64,000 nt of DNA from contig JALMLS010000210.1 of assembly GCA_038496445.1 (NCBI GenBank), positions 106,448-170,447 on the forward strand. The letters are read 5' to 3'. This document shows positions 41,111 through 53,732 of the stretch, piece after piece. Position 1 is the stretch's first letter. Each line of letters begins with the position of its first letter. The stretch is from Trichosphaerium sp. ATCC 40318. Lineage: Eukaryota > Protista > Tubulinea. The notes below the pieces were generated by a model. The model made no database searches. It saw nothing but the letters and a program-made list of their open reading frames with translations, and was not told the DNA's origin. Made by a program: the position numbers and the translations under genes.

Positions 41111-41629
41111 AAACTCTATTGATGTATATCTTTCCTTTAACAACAAGGCTACTAATCATTGTAACAATAAAGCAGTTTCAAACCTGCCACCCACAGCATA
41201 ATACATTGTTTCAAACAAACTTGTAAATAAATTGAGAGCTTAGCGTTTGCTTTCTGTGGTAAACAGGTTAGTCATCCCGCCTTTTGGATTCGAAAGGATA
41301 TGTTTATGTACTTCATTCAAAACGTCACGTCGATCTCTATTTCAGGATAAATTATATCTTACTCAACATTCCCTGGATGTTCTGGTTCAGTACGTAAGTC
41401 TTAAGCTCGAAATCAAGTACTAGTGCTATAACATTTAAGTAAGTACAACATACTTTACTTGGTCTCATTCTGTCTTTGAACAAGATTAAGTCATTTTTCC
41501 TTTTTAGGCGTTAACTTAAAGCTATTGTCGGGCGTTTTGGATATTTTATGGGCTCGCTAGTCCTACTTAATGAAAGACTGCTTTTATTTTCGACTTAGAA
41601 CTTGGCCGTATTAAATAATATACAGCGCT

Positions 41630-43811
41630 ATGACTTCTATTTTGCTACACATAGCAGTAATGTTCTGTATTTTAGCACCAATTAACTCCATAAAAGTTGG
41701 CACAGAATACATTGGAACTGATATGGAGAGTATTTATGACAATATAGCCTCGTTAGGCTTCACAGCTGGTAAACCACTTCCGGAATCTTTCCAATGGGGA
41801 AAAATGATGAGTGGACCAGGTAAGAAGAGAGAAAAACTCGCGTAGCGCCTTGGCTTTGGCGAACAACAGTTCGCTTATTTACTTTTCGCTCTAGGTGCTG
41901 CTATTGATTTCTCTGTGACTGACGCTTACGTTATCAAACTACAAGAGCAAGGGATAGTTGATTTATTTTTCGGGCTAGCACGTACAATCAATCCTAGTCG
42001 AGAAGTATTCTTTTGCTGAACTCTACTAGCCGGCTCAGATTGGGGCATAATTGATCCAAAAACGGACAGAAGGCCTAAGCCGGAGTATGAAGCGGACTAC
42101 TTACGTTGGGTATCTGGAATAGTTGAACGCTACGACAAGGTAAGCTAATAGTCAGTGTACCTTTTACCAACATTGTTCTTCTAGGATGGATACAATGACT
42201 TGAACAACACCGCATTTGTTAAAGCAGTGACACACTTCGAGATTGGCGTTGAGTTTTCTTCGTTTGAACCTGAGCCTGCTCCAAAGTATGTAGAGCATTT
42301 GAAGAAAGCATACGTAGCAGCGAAGAACGCTTCGTCGAACTCTATTATACTTCATGCTGCTTTCTTAACATGGAATGTGTTCACTACGTTGCATGACATA
42401 GACACTGATTCTTGGTTTGATATTACAATACCATCAAACTTGAGTTGGGCGTTTGATGCTACACAGAATCTGAATAAGTGGGAAGATGTACATAACTATA
42501 GTTCTCATGCTATAGTTCTTGATAGCTTTGAGTACTTTGATGCGATTAATGTTCATTCGCTTGGGCATCCTTTTGAGATTGATTCAATTTTCACGTGGAT
42601 TGCATACGAAAAATCATTAAGACCGGGTTTGTTAATGCTGTTGATTTTCTTCGTTTAGTTAATGGTTCCTCTAGGACTTGAGGACTATCCAGTATACATA
42701 TCAGATACATCAACAACAAACTTTGCAGTTGGATTGAATCGCCCATGTGTCTCTGCAGGGATAGATTCAAAACTGACATGGCCAGCTGTTAGAGACCCAG
42801 GAAACGGGTATGTAATAGCAACAAAGAATAGTCTGTGTGTTTATTCTTTTTACAAGGAACTGTCCTATTGGCTCTTTTTACAAGAACTTAGAAGAGGCTC
42901 CAGGCGGTGACTTGAAAACACGTGAATGGAATTACGATTTTATCGTAAGCGACTACATAAAGAGAATAACTATAGCTGCTTATCATGATGTATCATGGAT
43001 TAATATGGCATTTACGAAGGACTTTACATGGCTTCAAAAAGCTGTATGTTTGTGGCAATGTGGTACATTCGGATTTGCCGGATTGTTTAAAGAAGAAGTT
43101 GTTGATCCAAAAATGAACCCAGTAGCATACGCCATGAAAAAGCTGTTTGGTAGTTCTTTTGGTTTAGAGTTCTCGGCCATAGATAGAATAGACTCTTCTA
43201 ATATCAAAGCATACAAAACGGCTAGTAGTGCTTTGGAGTTTGTATACGTACGAGGGTACAAGTTAACGTATGACTCTAAAATAGTTGTAGTTTCATGGAT
43301 AGGTGCGATTTAATCGATTTACACACGTGATTTTTTACCTTATTCTGTTTAGAACCTCAGAATGCAACGGAGTTTCTGTTACGTGCAGCACAACCTGCCA
43401 TTATTCCTGCTACAAAGATTGATAGACTAGAAATTACAATGCAAACAGATATACACCTAGTTGACTGTTATCAGATAGATTCTTGGAACCCTAACATTTC
43501 TGATATAGCTCACGTATACGATAATAGAGTAAACCCGTTGCTAACGTTACGTAACATAGAACTTAACCGTGTATTCTACTTGGTACAGTAACTTTAACCA
43601 ATTAAAACTCTTACAATTCTTGTAGACCTTTAACATTTCCGATGTACCAGCAACTCCTTCAACTGTACCAATGGAACCTACCACTACGCAACCACCACCA
43701 GTTGCACCTTCTTCAGATACCTTTGTACCTGTTATGTCAAGCGCATGTACACTGGGAACTCTTATAGCTGTACTTCTTACGTTCATACATGCAGTAGTCG
43801 CGTATGTTTAA
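41630..43811 (+). CDS. secreted, probably GPI-anchored clan GH-A (GH5/GH39-like) TIM-barrel protein
   Basis: FQWGKM, IDFSVTDAYV, IVERYDKDG, HFEIGVEF, AYVAAKNA, FDAINVH, PVYISD; P/T linker and hydrophobic C-terminus. Confidence 0.7.
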
Positions 43812-44190
43812 AAAAAGACAATGAAATACTTTTGAGCAGTACGTAATTAAGTATGCGAGGATTTTTGTCCACTTTGTAAGTCCACGTGATTAATTAAGTT
43901 ATTCAAAAATACAGTACAGTTTTAGCGGCATAATAGGTCAACGTGCCCGAAAACAATAACACATTTAATACATAGTTTGAGTACGGACCAAAATTGGTTG
44001 GTGTATTACATCTATGTTACAAAATGGTAAATACTGCAGCCGTCTTGACCTCCTAGTAGGTGTAGATTTTAATTGTTATACAAACAATGTACGTTACATG
44101 AATGACGCGGTCTTGTGAAGTCATGTATAGTTTTTCGGCTTTGTTGCACGAATTGCTACGCTGAAAACGAGTTTAAGGGTTTGAAACACA

Positions 44191-45715
44191 ATGGAGCGCA
44201 AAAGTACCATTGCAGAAGACGAAGGTGCCTTTTTATTAGTGCACAAAGCCTAACATTCGTTCACATTGATACCAATACTTAAACCCTTTCAAAGATCACC
44301 TGGTGGAGATGGATACAGACGATTTACCACTTATAAACAAAAATTACAATACAGTTACCCAAACGTGGTCTAACTTCTATTGTACCCATAAATTTTGGTA
44401 AGTTAACGCGTCAGAAGAGTATTTCATTGCTTTTTGTGTTGACAAGAACGCGTAGGTGCACTGGCGATCTTGGATTGTTTATTGTAGTATTAGGATTATC
44501 ATTCTATGCGTTATACGGTACATTAACGAAATGTAGAACGAAAAAACATTTTTATGATTTTTAGTTTATTTGATCGCATTATGCCTTCAAACGCTCGCAC
44601 TCGAGGACCATAAGTATATACAAGCAGGTCTATACGCTGTAGGGATACTTTGCATTTTCCCGTTGTATATCACCAGTTACCTTCGCACTGCCTTCACAGA
44701 TCCTGGTACAGTACCAGAAGACACTAGCGTATGTATATTACATAAAATAACAACTCGGGTAAACAACGCGGTTATTAAATGACGCTTTAGGACTTTGAAG
44801 CCGTTGATATGCGCGATGAGACGCAGAAGTACTGTAAAAAAACAGGTTTGTGGAAACCTCCTCGGTCTCACTTTGACAGCGTGACAAGACGATTGGTTCT
44901 TCGTATGGATCACTATTGTACGAACTACAAAGCGAGGAATACAATTCAGTTTGAGGTCTCTGTTTTCAGAAAAACAAGACCCAAAAATTTGCGATTTTGC
45001 CTTTTTCTGTTTTGGTTTTGCTTGGATTTGTTTTGGCTCTGACTGTCTTTGGTTTTAGGTCCTTGGGTAAAAACTACAGTAGGTTTTCGTAATTACAAGT
45101 TCTTTGTATTATTTCTCTTCTGGACATCAATTATAGCAGTATATGTTGGTATTACTGTTGGTATATACTTTTTGACAGCTGGAAAAAAATTTACAGTGCG
45201 TTTACAATTAGTTTGAGTTTGATTTTCTTTTTATTGTCGTATATCAATGCACACATATATAGTGATATATTGAATGATTAATATTTTTTTTTCTGTTTGT
45301 TTTGGGGTGAGTGAGGTCTGACTTCTTTTTTTTTTTTTCAGGATATTTTGTCTACAACGAATGGAAGACAAATTTTGGCTGTTGAGGTTATTGTTAGTAT
45401 ATTCGGATTTGTACTTATTCCTTTCTGTGGTGCACATATTGGCATGACGTTAAAAAATGAAACAACAATTGAAGGATTCTTCAGGGCACGTGATTTAAAA
45501 AAAATACAATTTTTTTTTGATCAGAATTTTATATTGTGGTTTTCTCATTTCTTTCTTAGGAGAATCCTTATGACATTGGAAGGCGTAAAAACTGGGAACA
45601 AACCATGGGTAAAAATCCTTGGCTTTGGTTTATGCCTGTACCAACAACACAAGGCAACGGTCTTGTATATCCAACAAACTTGGACCTTGAAGACACCGGC
45701 ACTTCAATTGTGTAA
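44191..45715 (+). CDS. DHHC-family protein S-acyltransferase (DHYC variant)
   Basis: TDPG motif, KPPRSH...MDHYCPWV...VGFRNYKFF, NETTIE, NPYDIG...NW. Confidence 0.92.
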
Positions 45716-45901
45716 AAAAGCGAAACAAAAACAAACAGAAAATTAAAGACCTTGGTCGTTCTTAACCACAATGGGTTTCTATAAACACTCAAGAAGTCCT
45801 AAAAACTCCACACAACATCTTTGTTACCATTACAGCTGTTTATTGTCACTTAAGGTAATAAACAAGAATCTTTAAATTGCTACTATTAAATCGAAAACAT
45901 C

Positions 45902-47435
45902 TTATTTCTTAACGGTCTTAAGCCTGAACTGGTACGTGTCGTTGTATCTATGACGCCAAGCCTCTCCACCAAACATATATACGCTATTATTATAAACGCA
46001 CACTTGATGATGGCTTCTAAACGTAAATGTGAGCAATGTCGAAGAAACTACAAGTAAGGTACAAATTATTTTGTACCTTTTTAATATATCCAATTCGTCG
46101 TTACTTGCTTGGATAGAAACATATTTACTCACCCAATTATTACCTTCACCAGCAAACACCCACATATCACTATAGAATAAACTACTTTTTTTGTTGTCGA
46201 AGAAGTTCCCAGCCAACAAAACCTACAAAAAAAATGTAAGAATTAGTTCACCTTGAAAACAAAACCACTACTAGCTTTACTTACTAATACTTCGGCACCA
46301 TCCATTTCGATTGTGGTTAAAGTGTTCCTAAAGGGTAATCAGCAACCATACTAGTAGTAAATATCAACCTATTTCTTTTAGATGGTCTTTCATTAGGTAG
46401 ATGAATCTGGTTCCAAGTGTGCTTTTCCAAATCAAACGACCAGAAATCGCTATAGTAATCTAACTCTTGTTATTTCTTGCTTTGACTAGAAGAAAAATGT
46501 GTACGCTCTAAACCATCCCAAAAGTATCCACCATACATGTACAACTTAGAACCACGTATTGCGCAACTGACATACGACCGAGGAGGAGGTGAAACGCCCT
46601 TGGCAAATGATTAAAAACAGCACAAAATACTTAACATCTTTGTAGTCTAAATGACTGTATTCCACGTACAGTTATGGTGATGTCCCTCCAGGTATTGGTA
46701 GCAATATCATACATGTGAATGTCATTGGCAAAATGCGCTGGTTTGAAGCCGTCTCTGCCACATGTAATAACTAAATTACCGTTGTAGACTCCAGCAGCAT
46801 GTGCATGTCTTGGTGATGGTCTTGTGCCAAGCTGAGGTAGTTTTTTCCATTCTCTTGTTTTAATATTGAATGAGTGTATGTCTCCAAGATAACTGTTAAG
46901 ATCTTGTCCACCATAAAGATACAAAAAACCTACAAAACAAAAATTAACACATGTAATGTAATACCGTAATTTTTAGGAAAATTGATTTCATTTGTCAGCA
47001 TTTTCTTGCCTCATGTGCGACCTATAGGATATTTAGAGAACACAATATTAACTTTAGTCTTACCAGTGTATGGTTATGACGATTTTTAGGTGCATTCGAT
47101 TGTACTAGATGCAAGGATTAAACTTACAAACTAAATTTTTTTTTACTGTTTTTACAATATTTTAACGCACTCTGCTCCCACACGTGTGTATCTAAGTCCA
47201 AACACCATAAATCATTTGCATATACTCTACCACGTCCTACAGTTCTTCCTAATCTTATTTTAATGGACTAACAAATGAGAATTTTTCAAAACTTTTCATT
47301 GATTTTGTCGCTTTTTTTTAAACGTTTACCTCCAAAAATATACCATTTATTGAGCCACAGTGCTCCAGAGTGGCCTTGTCTACCACTTGGTTGGAAGTTT
47401 GTACCTATTTTGGCCACTGTGCAAGTAACACTCAT
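45902..47435 (-). CDS. kelch-repeat beta-propeller protein
   Basis: Repeated R-x-x-H...Y(I/L/M)(F/Y)GG...D...W units across several exons. Confidence 0.88.
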
Positions 47436-47950
47436 TGGCTGCTGTTGGTTTAAAGCCTAAACGCTTTGTTAACCGCTTTTTTAGTAATCAAGCTGCTGAA
47501 CCATTGGGTTATATAAAATCAGATGCGGATAAGGTGCTACAGCCGTAGTGAAGCAAATTTTCTGATTTTTAAACGAACAAATGAGTTCAAGTCAAGAAAG
47601 TTCTGGATATTTCTTGTTCTCCATTTCTAGGAATTCTTATCTTACGCATCTCCATGCACTAAGCTAGTACAACGATATGACATAATATTCATAATTAAAA
47701 AACAAATGTCGCACGTGACTTAAAGGCGTTAATGGTGCAAGGTTGGTTTACTCTAATTTTACATTAAGGTCCGATATTGGCTTGTTAAGATGCTGATAAA
47801 GCATTAAACCAAGCTCTTCTATTAGTTTGGATTTTTCACCATTGCTTGTATTTAATTCTTTCATTATTGAAGTAGCACGTGACTTTGTAAATCCGATTTT
47901 TTCCAATACGTGGTGACTCTTCGAATCAGTTAGCCAAAAGCGTGTAAATT

Positions 47951-49556
47951 CTATTTTTGAATTCGTACAGGTTTGGTTTCGTCTAGCTCGTCATCATGAA
48001 ACGTGTCTTCGTATTCATTGGGTTCTAAACGAAATAAGATTAATGTAAATTATAGAGTTTGAAGCGGTACCTTGTTGCATTTGGGAAGAGTGGAAATACG
48101 CTACGACTAAGAGAATGTTAAAAAAAAAAATTTGTTGTTGTTTTCGTACCTTTTTTAAGCGAAGCTATCCTCTTTAATATAGCCGAGATGCTATCTCTAG
48201 CAACTCCAAGGTTACTTAATTCATTTTCTGTTAACCTCATAAAAGCTTCTCCTCTATGTAAATTATAAAAGGCTTGAAAAAGTTTATACTGAAAAAAAAT
48301 TTCTATTACGTAATCTTAGCATCCTTCAACTGAACAGGTAAACTCAAATCAAGTTTACCAAGTTCGATCAATACTTCACTTTCAGTCCATTTATCAGGAT
48401 CAATATCTGGGTTATAACCAGTGCGTTTCAAAGCCATATTCATTGTAACCTCAAACTTATCAACATATGTCACAAGACAGTAACGTGAAACCCAATAAGC
48501 ATCACAAGCTGAAGAACCAGAAGGATATTTTAATTTGCCACGTCCTTGAGGATCATTGTTAATCCAAGCGCCATAGAATCCAACTCCATTTGAGAAAGTA
48601 AAAACACCGTTTCCGTTCCTCTTTCCTTCTTTGTATTGACCTGTAAAAGTACATCCTGAAGGGATGATACTAGGACTATTAGCAACTTGTTCCTCTTGCT
48701 CAACACAAGGCCAAGTAACAGGGTCACGCCCATTAATAATAGATCGCGTATGAAACGGAATTCTCTTCGGTTTTGCGTGTGTTCCCATGCCGTTCATTTT
48801 CCCGTTTTTAAAGTTACCAAAATAACTTGAACCATCAGGCCACTTATAAGTACCTATGCCATTAATCTCATCTGATTCATACTCGCCCACGTGATTAGAA
48901 CCATCAGGCCAAGTAAATTCTCCGTGGCCGTGTTTTTTGTCGTTTTTATAGCCACCTACATAACACGTCCCATCAGCCCACGTGTATGTCCCTATACCAT
49001 TCATTTTATCATTCTCATAGTCTCCAGTGTACACTGACCCATCTGTCCATGTACAAGTACCTTTACCGTGCATCTTATCTTGTCGATAATCACCAACATA
49101 TCGAGACCCATCAGGCTCAGTATACACTCCTTTACCATGTCTTTTGCCATCCTTATACTCACCAACATAAGTAGTGCCGCTTGGCCACGTATAAGTTCCA
49201 TTACCGTTCATTTCATCGTTTTTATACTCACCAACATAACTTGCGCCTGATGGCCACGTGTAAGTGCCTTTACCATGTTTTTTGCTGTTTCGATAGTCTC
49301 CTTCGTATGATTTTCCTGATGGCCATGAAAACAGGCCTTTACCGTGAATTACGCCGTTTCTATACGTCCCTGTATACTTACGACCATCTGGCCACGTGCG
49401 AACGCCATTGCCATTTTGTTTACCTTTTTCGAAGTTTCCAATGAAAACAGATCCATCAGGGTACTCAATCGTTCCCTTACCATGCATTTTACCCTCTTTC
49501 ATTTCTCCTTTGTAGACATTATCACAACTTTTTTGCTCACCGGTTAGATCATTCAT
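47951..49556 (-). CDS. classical MORN-repeat protein with a C-terminal SAM-like domain
   Basis: ~12 repeats of YxGxYK.G.xHGKGTYTWPxG; DKWTESEVLIEL...ITGEAFMRLTENELSNLGV (SAM-like) across introns. Confidence 0.85.
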
Positions 49557-50409
49557 AATTATAGCCAAGGCGTAGATAAATTATTTTTTATCGTGATGGG
49601 AACAGTGTATGAAGATATTGTTAAGGTGTTGTCGATAAGATGATTGATCTTTTTACTGAGTTTTTTTTAGAACATTTTTTTTATTTGTTTGTAATTCTTA
49701 GTTTTACGTATTAATGTCACGTGCACCTTACTAATTAGCGGTAAATACCCACTGAGCGATAACCAACCAATGGAATGTGATAGAAGCTTTTTTTCCGGAA
49801 CTTCTCTTTCCAATTACTGTCGAGTACAGGATAGTACCATTGTGATGATCATTGTAGGGAAACTGTTGGCTCTGCAAAGGCTTGATGCGATATCCGTTGT
49901 GTGCCAGGAGAGGGTTTGTTCGTCTTGGTTTCCTACAAGCTACTGCGTATTGTATGTCAGTGTGCCTATTTTTACTCCATTAATCTATGCACTGAAAGCA
50001 TCATTGGAACTCATTTATTTTAACGTTCTTCCAATACGAATATGCGGCAATTCATATTCACGACAAAAAAACCTTGTATTTATTCAAATGCATTCATATT
50101 ATTCAAGGCGATAGCGTGTCAGATCTTGGAGTTTGCAACAGTGAAGTTGTAAAGAAATTGTTTGGTGTTTTCTTCGCCATCACCTGCTTTTCAAGAGTTC
50201 TAAACTCTCTAAATGGCTGTAACATTTGATTTTGAATCGATTGATGGGTTGAAAGCCAACAATCAAGCGTGTTTAGCACAATTAAAAAAAATGGCACAAG
50301 GCACAAGTCCTGCCATATTTGACCAACATTTTGAGAGAAAATTTCACCTAAGAGCGTTTTTTGTGTCATTATTCTGCTCCGCCAAAGAAGTTTCGGTCGC
50401 TAAAAAAAA

Positions 50410-50680
50410 TTGCGTAAAACCTTTAATTTTGGTATCTCTGTGCGTAGATGATACTATGTACTCATTATTGCAGCTTTTTTTGTACTGCTTCGCTCGTTGG
50501 TAAATTTGTGGCTAAATTGTCAACTTACGAGAAACTATCTGTTAAACCGTATTTTATGCAGCACTATGCGTAGATGATACTATACGCACGCTATTGAAAC
50601 TTTTTTGTTTCGCTGGCTTGAAAAATGAAACAAAGTGACATAATAGTGATTGTATACTTGTAACCGTATTCGGTTTTGCT
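50410..50680. repeat. imperfect tandem repeat, period ~126 bp
   Basis: TGCGTAGATGATACTAT at 50441 and 50567, with similar flanks. Confidence 0.7.
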
Positions 50681-50897
50681 TTGGGTCCAGGTTTAGGTAG
50701 GTTCACTATACTTTTTCTCATCACGGGAAACTTACTATGCGTATGAATTTAGTCAAAAATCCATGAATTTTTGTGAATTTCATGACGTACGACGTTAGTT
50801 TTAGTGGAACTACAGCGTAAATAGAAGCACGTGTTGCTGGAGGACTAAAACAATTTGATGATTTTGTGGATGATGAAAATATCCACGTGTCACGATA

Positions 50898-53560
50898 TCA
50901 TTTCAAGCAACAGGCGGTATGTGAACCGCTATGTTCTCGCCAATGTTGCAAAGCTAACACGAGTTACCTTACATAGGTTGGCAATGGTATATTGCAACAT
51001 CTTCAGAACCCCTAGGAATGATAACAGGTGGTAACCATAAAATACGTGTAGAGTTTAAATCGTAACCTTCACTTTTTGGAAATTTATTAAACTGGCGTGT
51101 TGGTATTTTTGTAACAAATTCAATCTGTCAGGGAAAGAAATAAGTATTATTACGTCTATATCTGTGGTGCAAAAGAATCCAATTTGTGACTCTTTATTAA
51201 GCTGGACAATCTGCGCAGTATGCAATACTACTTACAGACTTCGGGACATATGGGAGGTCGTACTTTAGTACAACATGAAAGTCGCTTAAACTTACAGCAA
51301 TTACAGAATTTTCTTGGATATAAAATAATCTGAACAAGCATGAGCATTGTTAAAGCTGTGAAGAAAAAGAAATAACAAAAACTAAAAAATAATTTCTTTC
51401 GGACGTACCTCTCATCTTGAACTAATATGTTGCTATATTCAGATATAAAAGTATCTGTTACAACAGTAGTACACTCTGAATATGAAAGATCACAACGGAC
51501 GATATGCCCAGCGTATAGAGCGTATAACTTTTCTTTGTATACTGCTATTGAACTTGTTTCGTTTTGTCTATCATAATTGATCCTGTTTCCAGTACTCTTC
51601 TCGAATCTAATTAACTTCTCATGTGTCAAAGCAAAGAGGTCTATTTGGCGAAAAAAATTAAGATGGTGATTGGTACTCATCAAAAAGCAGCATTTTTCAG
51701 AAAAAAAAAGTGATCAAGAAAAAATAGTAGATTGTTTTCAACATTTATACGCACATCCATCTGATGCAGCAAGGTGGGGAGGGTCTCTCGATGTAAAAGC
51801 ATCACCTACCAGAGAATATTTTTCGGGGCTAAACAAAAAAACAATCAGTACGTGAAAGTTACACGTAAATAAATATTTTTCATGCTTGTTTTTGAACAAA
51901 TTTATTACCTTTCTTGTTTTGCAATTTGATAACTCTCTAATGACTCTGAAGGTCTTTCAAAGCTAGCCATAAAATAATCGTAAGTCATGCCAAAATTTTC
52001 TTGTGCTTGGATAATACCTAACTCCATAATTAATCACATGTCAAACAGCGAATGACATTACAAAATTCTCGTTTTTTTCCAAAAATAGCAAGCGCAAAAT
52101 AAACAGTGTACCAAGAGTATAGTAATTATCTTGTACACTCATTTCCGGTGCTTGTACTATTGCTCTTCTCAGTGTACTTCTAGAGAAAATCCTGCGTTGT
52201 TGTACATTCCAAAGCTGTGGAATATTGAATAAATATGATGAAAACGTTTTAGAAAAAATCATACCTGTGTTCCTTTAAATACAATAGCTTGTGCAACAAT
52301 ATCAGCTTCTACATATTTATCTTCTATTGGAAGTGTATATTCAACCTGTCGTCCAATAGATTGTATGATCGTGACACGACTGAGACTCATGTAAACAGCA
52401 ATTGTAGGACCTGACTGTTGTAAAGCAAGATTTGACGTCTTAAGATTTAGCACTTTAAGTTTTGTGCAATTCTCTTTGTTAAAGAAAACATTCCATGTAT
52501 CTCCATCAACGCTTGAAATTACTAGTTGAGAATATCCATTAAACGTGTTTTTTGCAAAAACAACATGTACAATGTAACCACTTGATACAGTTACAAGTGA
52601 TTTTCTTGTATTTGTCTCAATGTTAATCAACTCAAGTGTTTCACGATTAGTAATAGCCCTAAAAAGTACGATTAGAGGGAATCTGACAATACTTATGGTG
52701 ATTTACAATTAGTCTATCGCCCGCAGTGGCCATAGTTCGTACATTGTTTGGCCACAAACCGAGAAAAAAAACAAAAATAAAGTTTGGGGATTTTTGTTGC
52801 ATTCTTGCGATTATGAAGAATAAACAGACGTACAGCATGTTGGATTTGGCTGACATTGATGTTGGCGGATACTGCATCATTGCAAGCTTTTCTTGAGCTC
52901 CAGTATTGTAGTTGATTGATAGAATCAATCCGTGTTCGTAACCCAAGAACAATTTGGCAATACCACCGTTAACAGATGTCATAGACAGTACTATGCCCGC
53001 TGGTATTGGAATTTTCAAGAAACTAGGACAACCGTTGTCTACAGTACAACTGTACAAGGTTTTTCCTACAACAAGCGCCAAGGCTTTCTCTCCTATGGTA
53101 AAATCAATACTTTGACTTCAACGCAGAAAGCGTACCACTCAGCTGTACATAGGTTGTAAGAGCATCTGGTTCATATGGCAGCGTAGCAAGCGTTTTTGGT
53201 GTACAATAAACGGAACAACTGTTGAATGCGACCTAATACGCTGTTAAACGTTGTATCCGCTTTCTTACCGCTACTTACGTATTGTATTGTGCTGCCATTG
53301 GCGTAAACAATTGCGTTCCAATCGCTGTCATAATGGAGGTGTTGTACTTTATCTCCGAAACCGTTTGCGTCTACAACGATTTCCTCAGAGTTTTCATCAG
53401 ACACATAGCGTCTGTAAATAGGAGCAGTGTTGAAGGTACCGCGTGTGTAGTACAGAATACCTGTTTTAAGGTTTGGTTGAGTACTATGAACCAAACTAAT
53501 GCTTGCACACACGGCGCAAACGAACAGAAGTCCAACACTAATACTACGAGTCGTTACCAT
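50898..53560 (-). pseudogene. secreted beta-rich (propeller-like) protein gene, probably recently disabled
   Basis: Signal peptide MVTTRSISVGLLFVCAVCA; ORFs 53171-53593 and 52659-53081 are in one frame separated by a single TGA; the apparent acceptor near 52760 reads CGG. Confidence 0.55.
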
Positions 53561-53732
53561 TGTATTAACGCTGTTTGAGTATAATTTGTCCACTTTTGGA
53601 TTTCTTCAAGAACTCGCAAGACCACGCTGTCAAGGTATTTGAGCTAGTGAAAGTCAAATGACATGCGAAGTTGGATCGAAAGGTAAAGCTGGCAAATGAT
53701 TGTTTTGGTTTCTGTTTACGTTTTATAGGTTT

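Noticed and set aside
53171-53173. Alternative genetic code (TGA as sense)
   Set aside because: TGA terminates other genes here (17710-17712, 31888-31890), and conserved Trp residues use TGG
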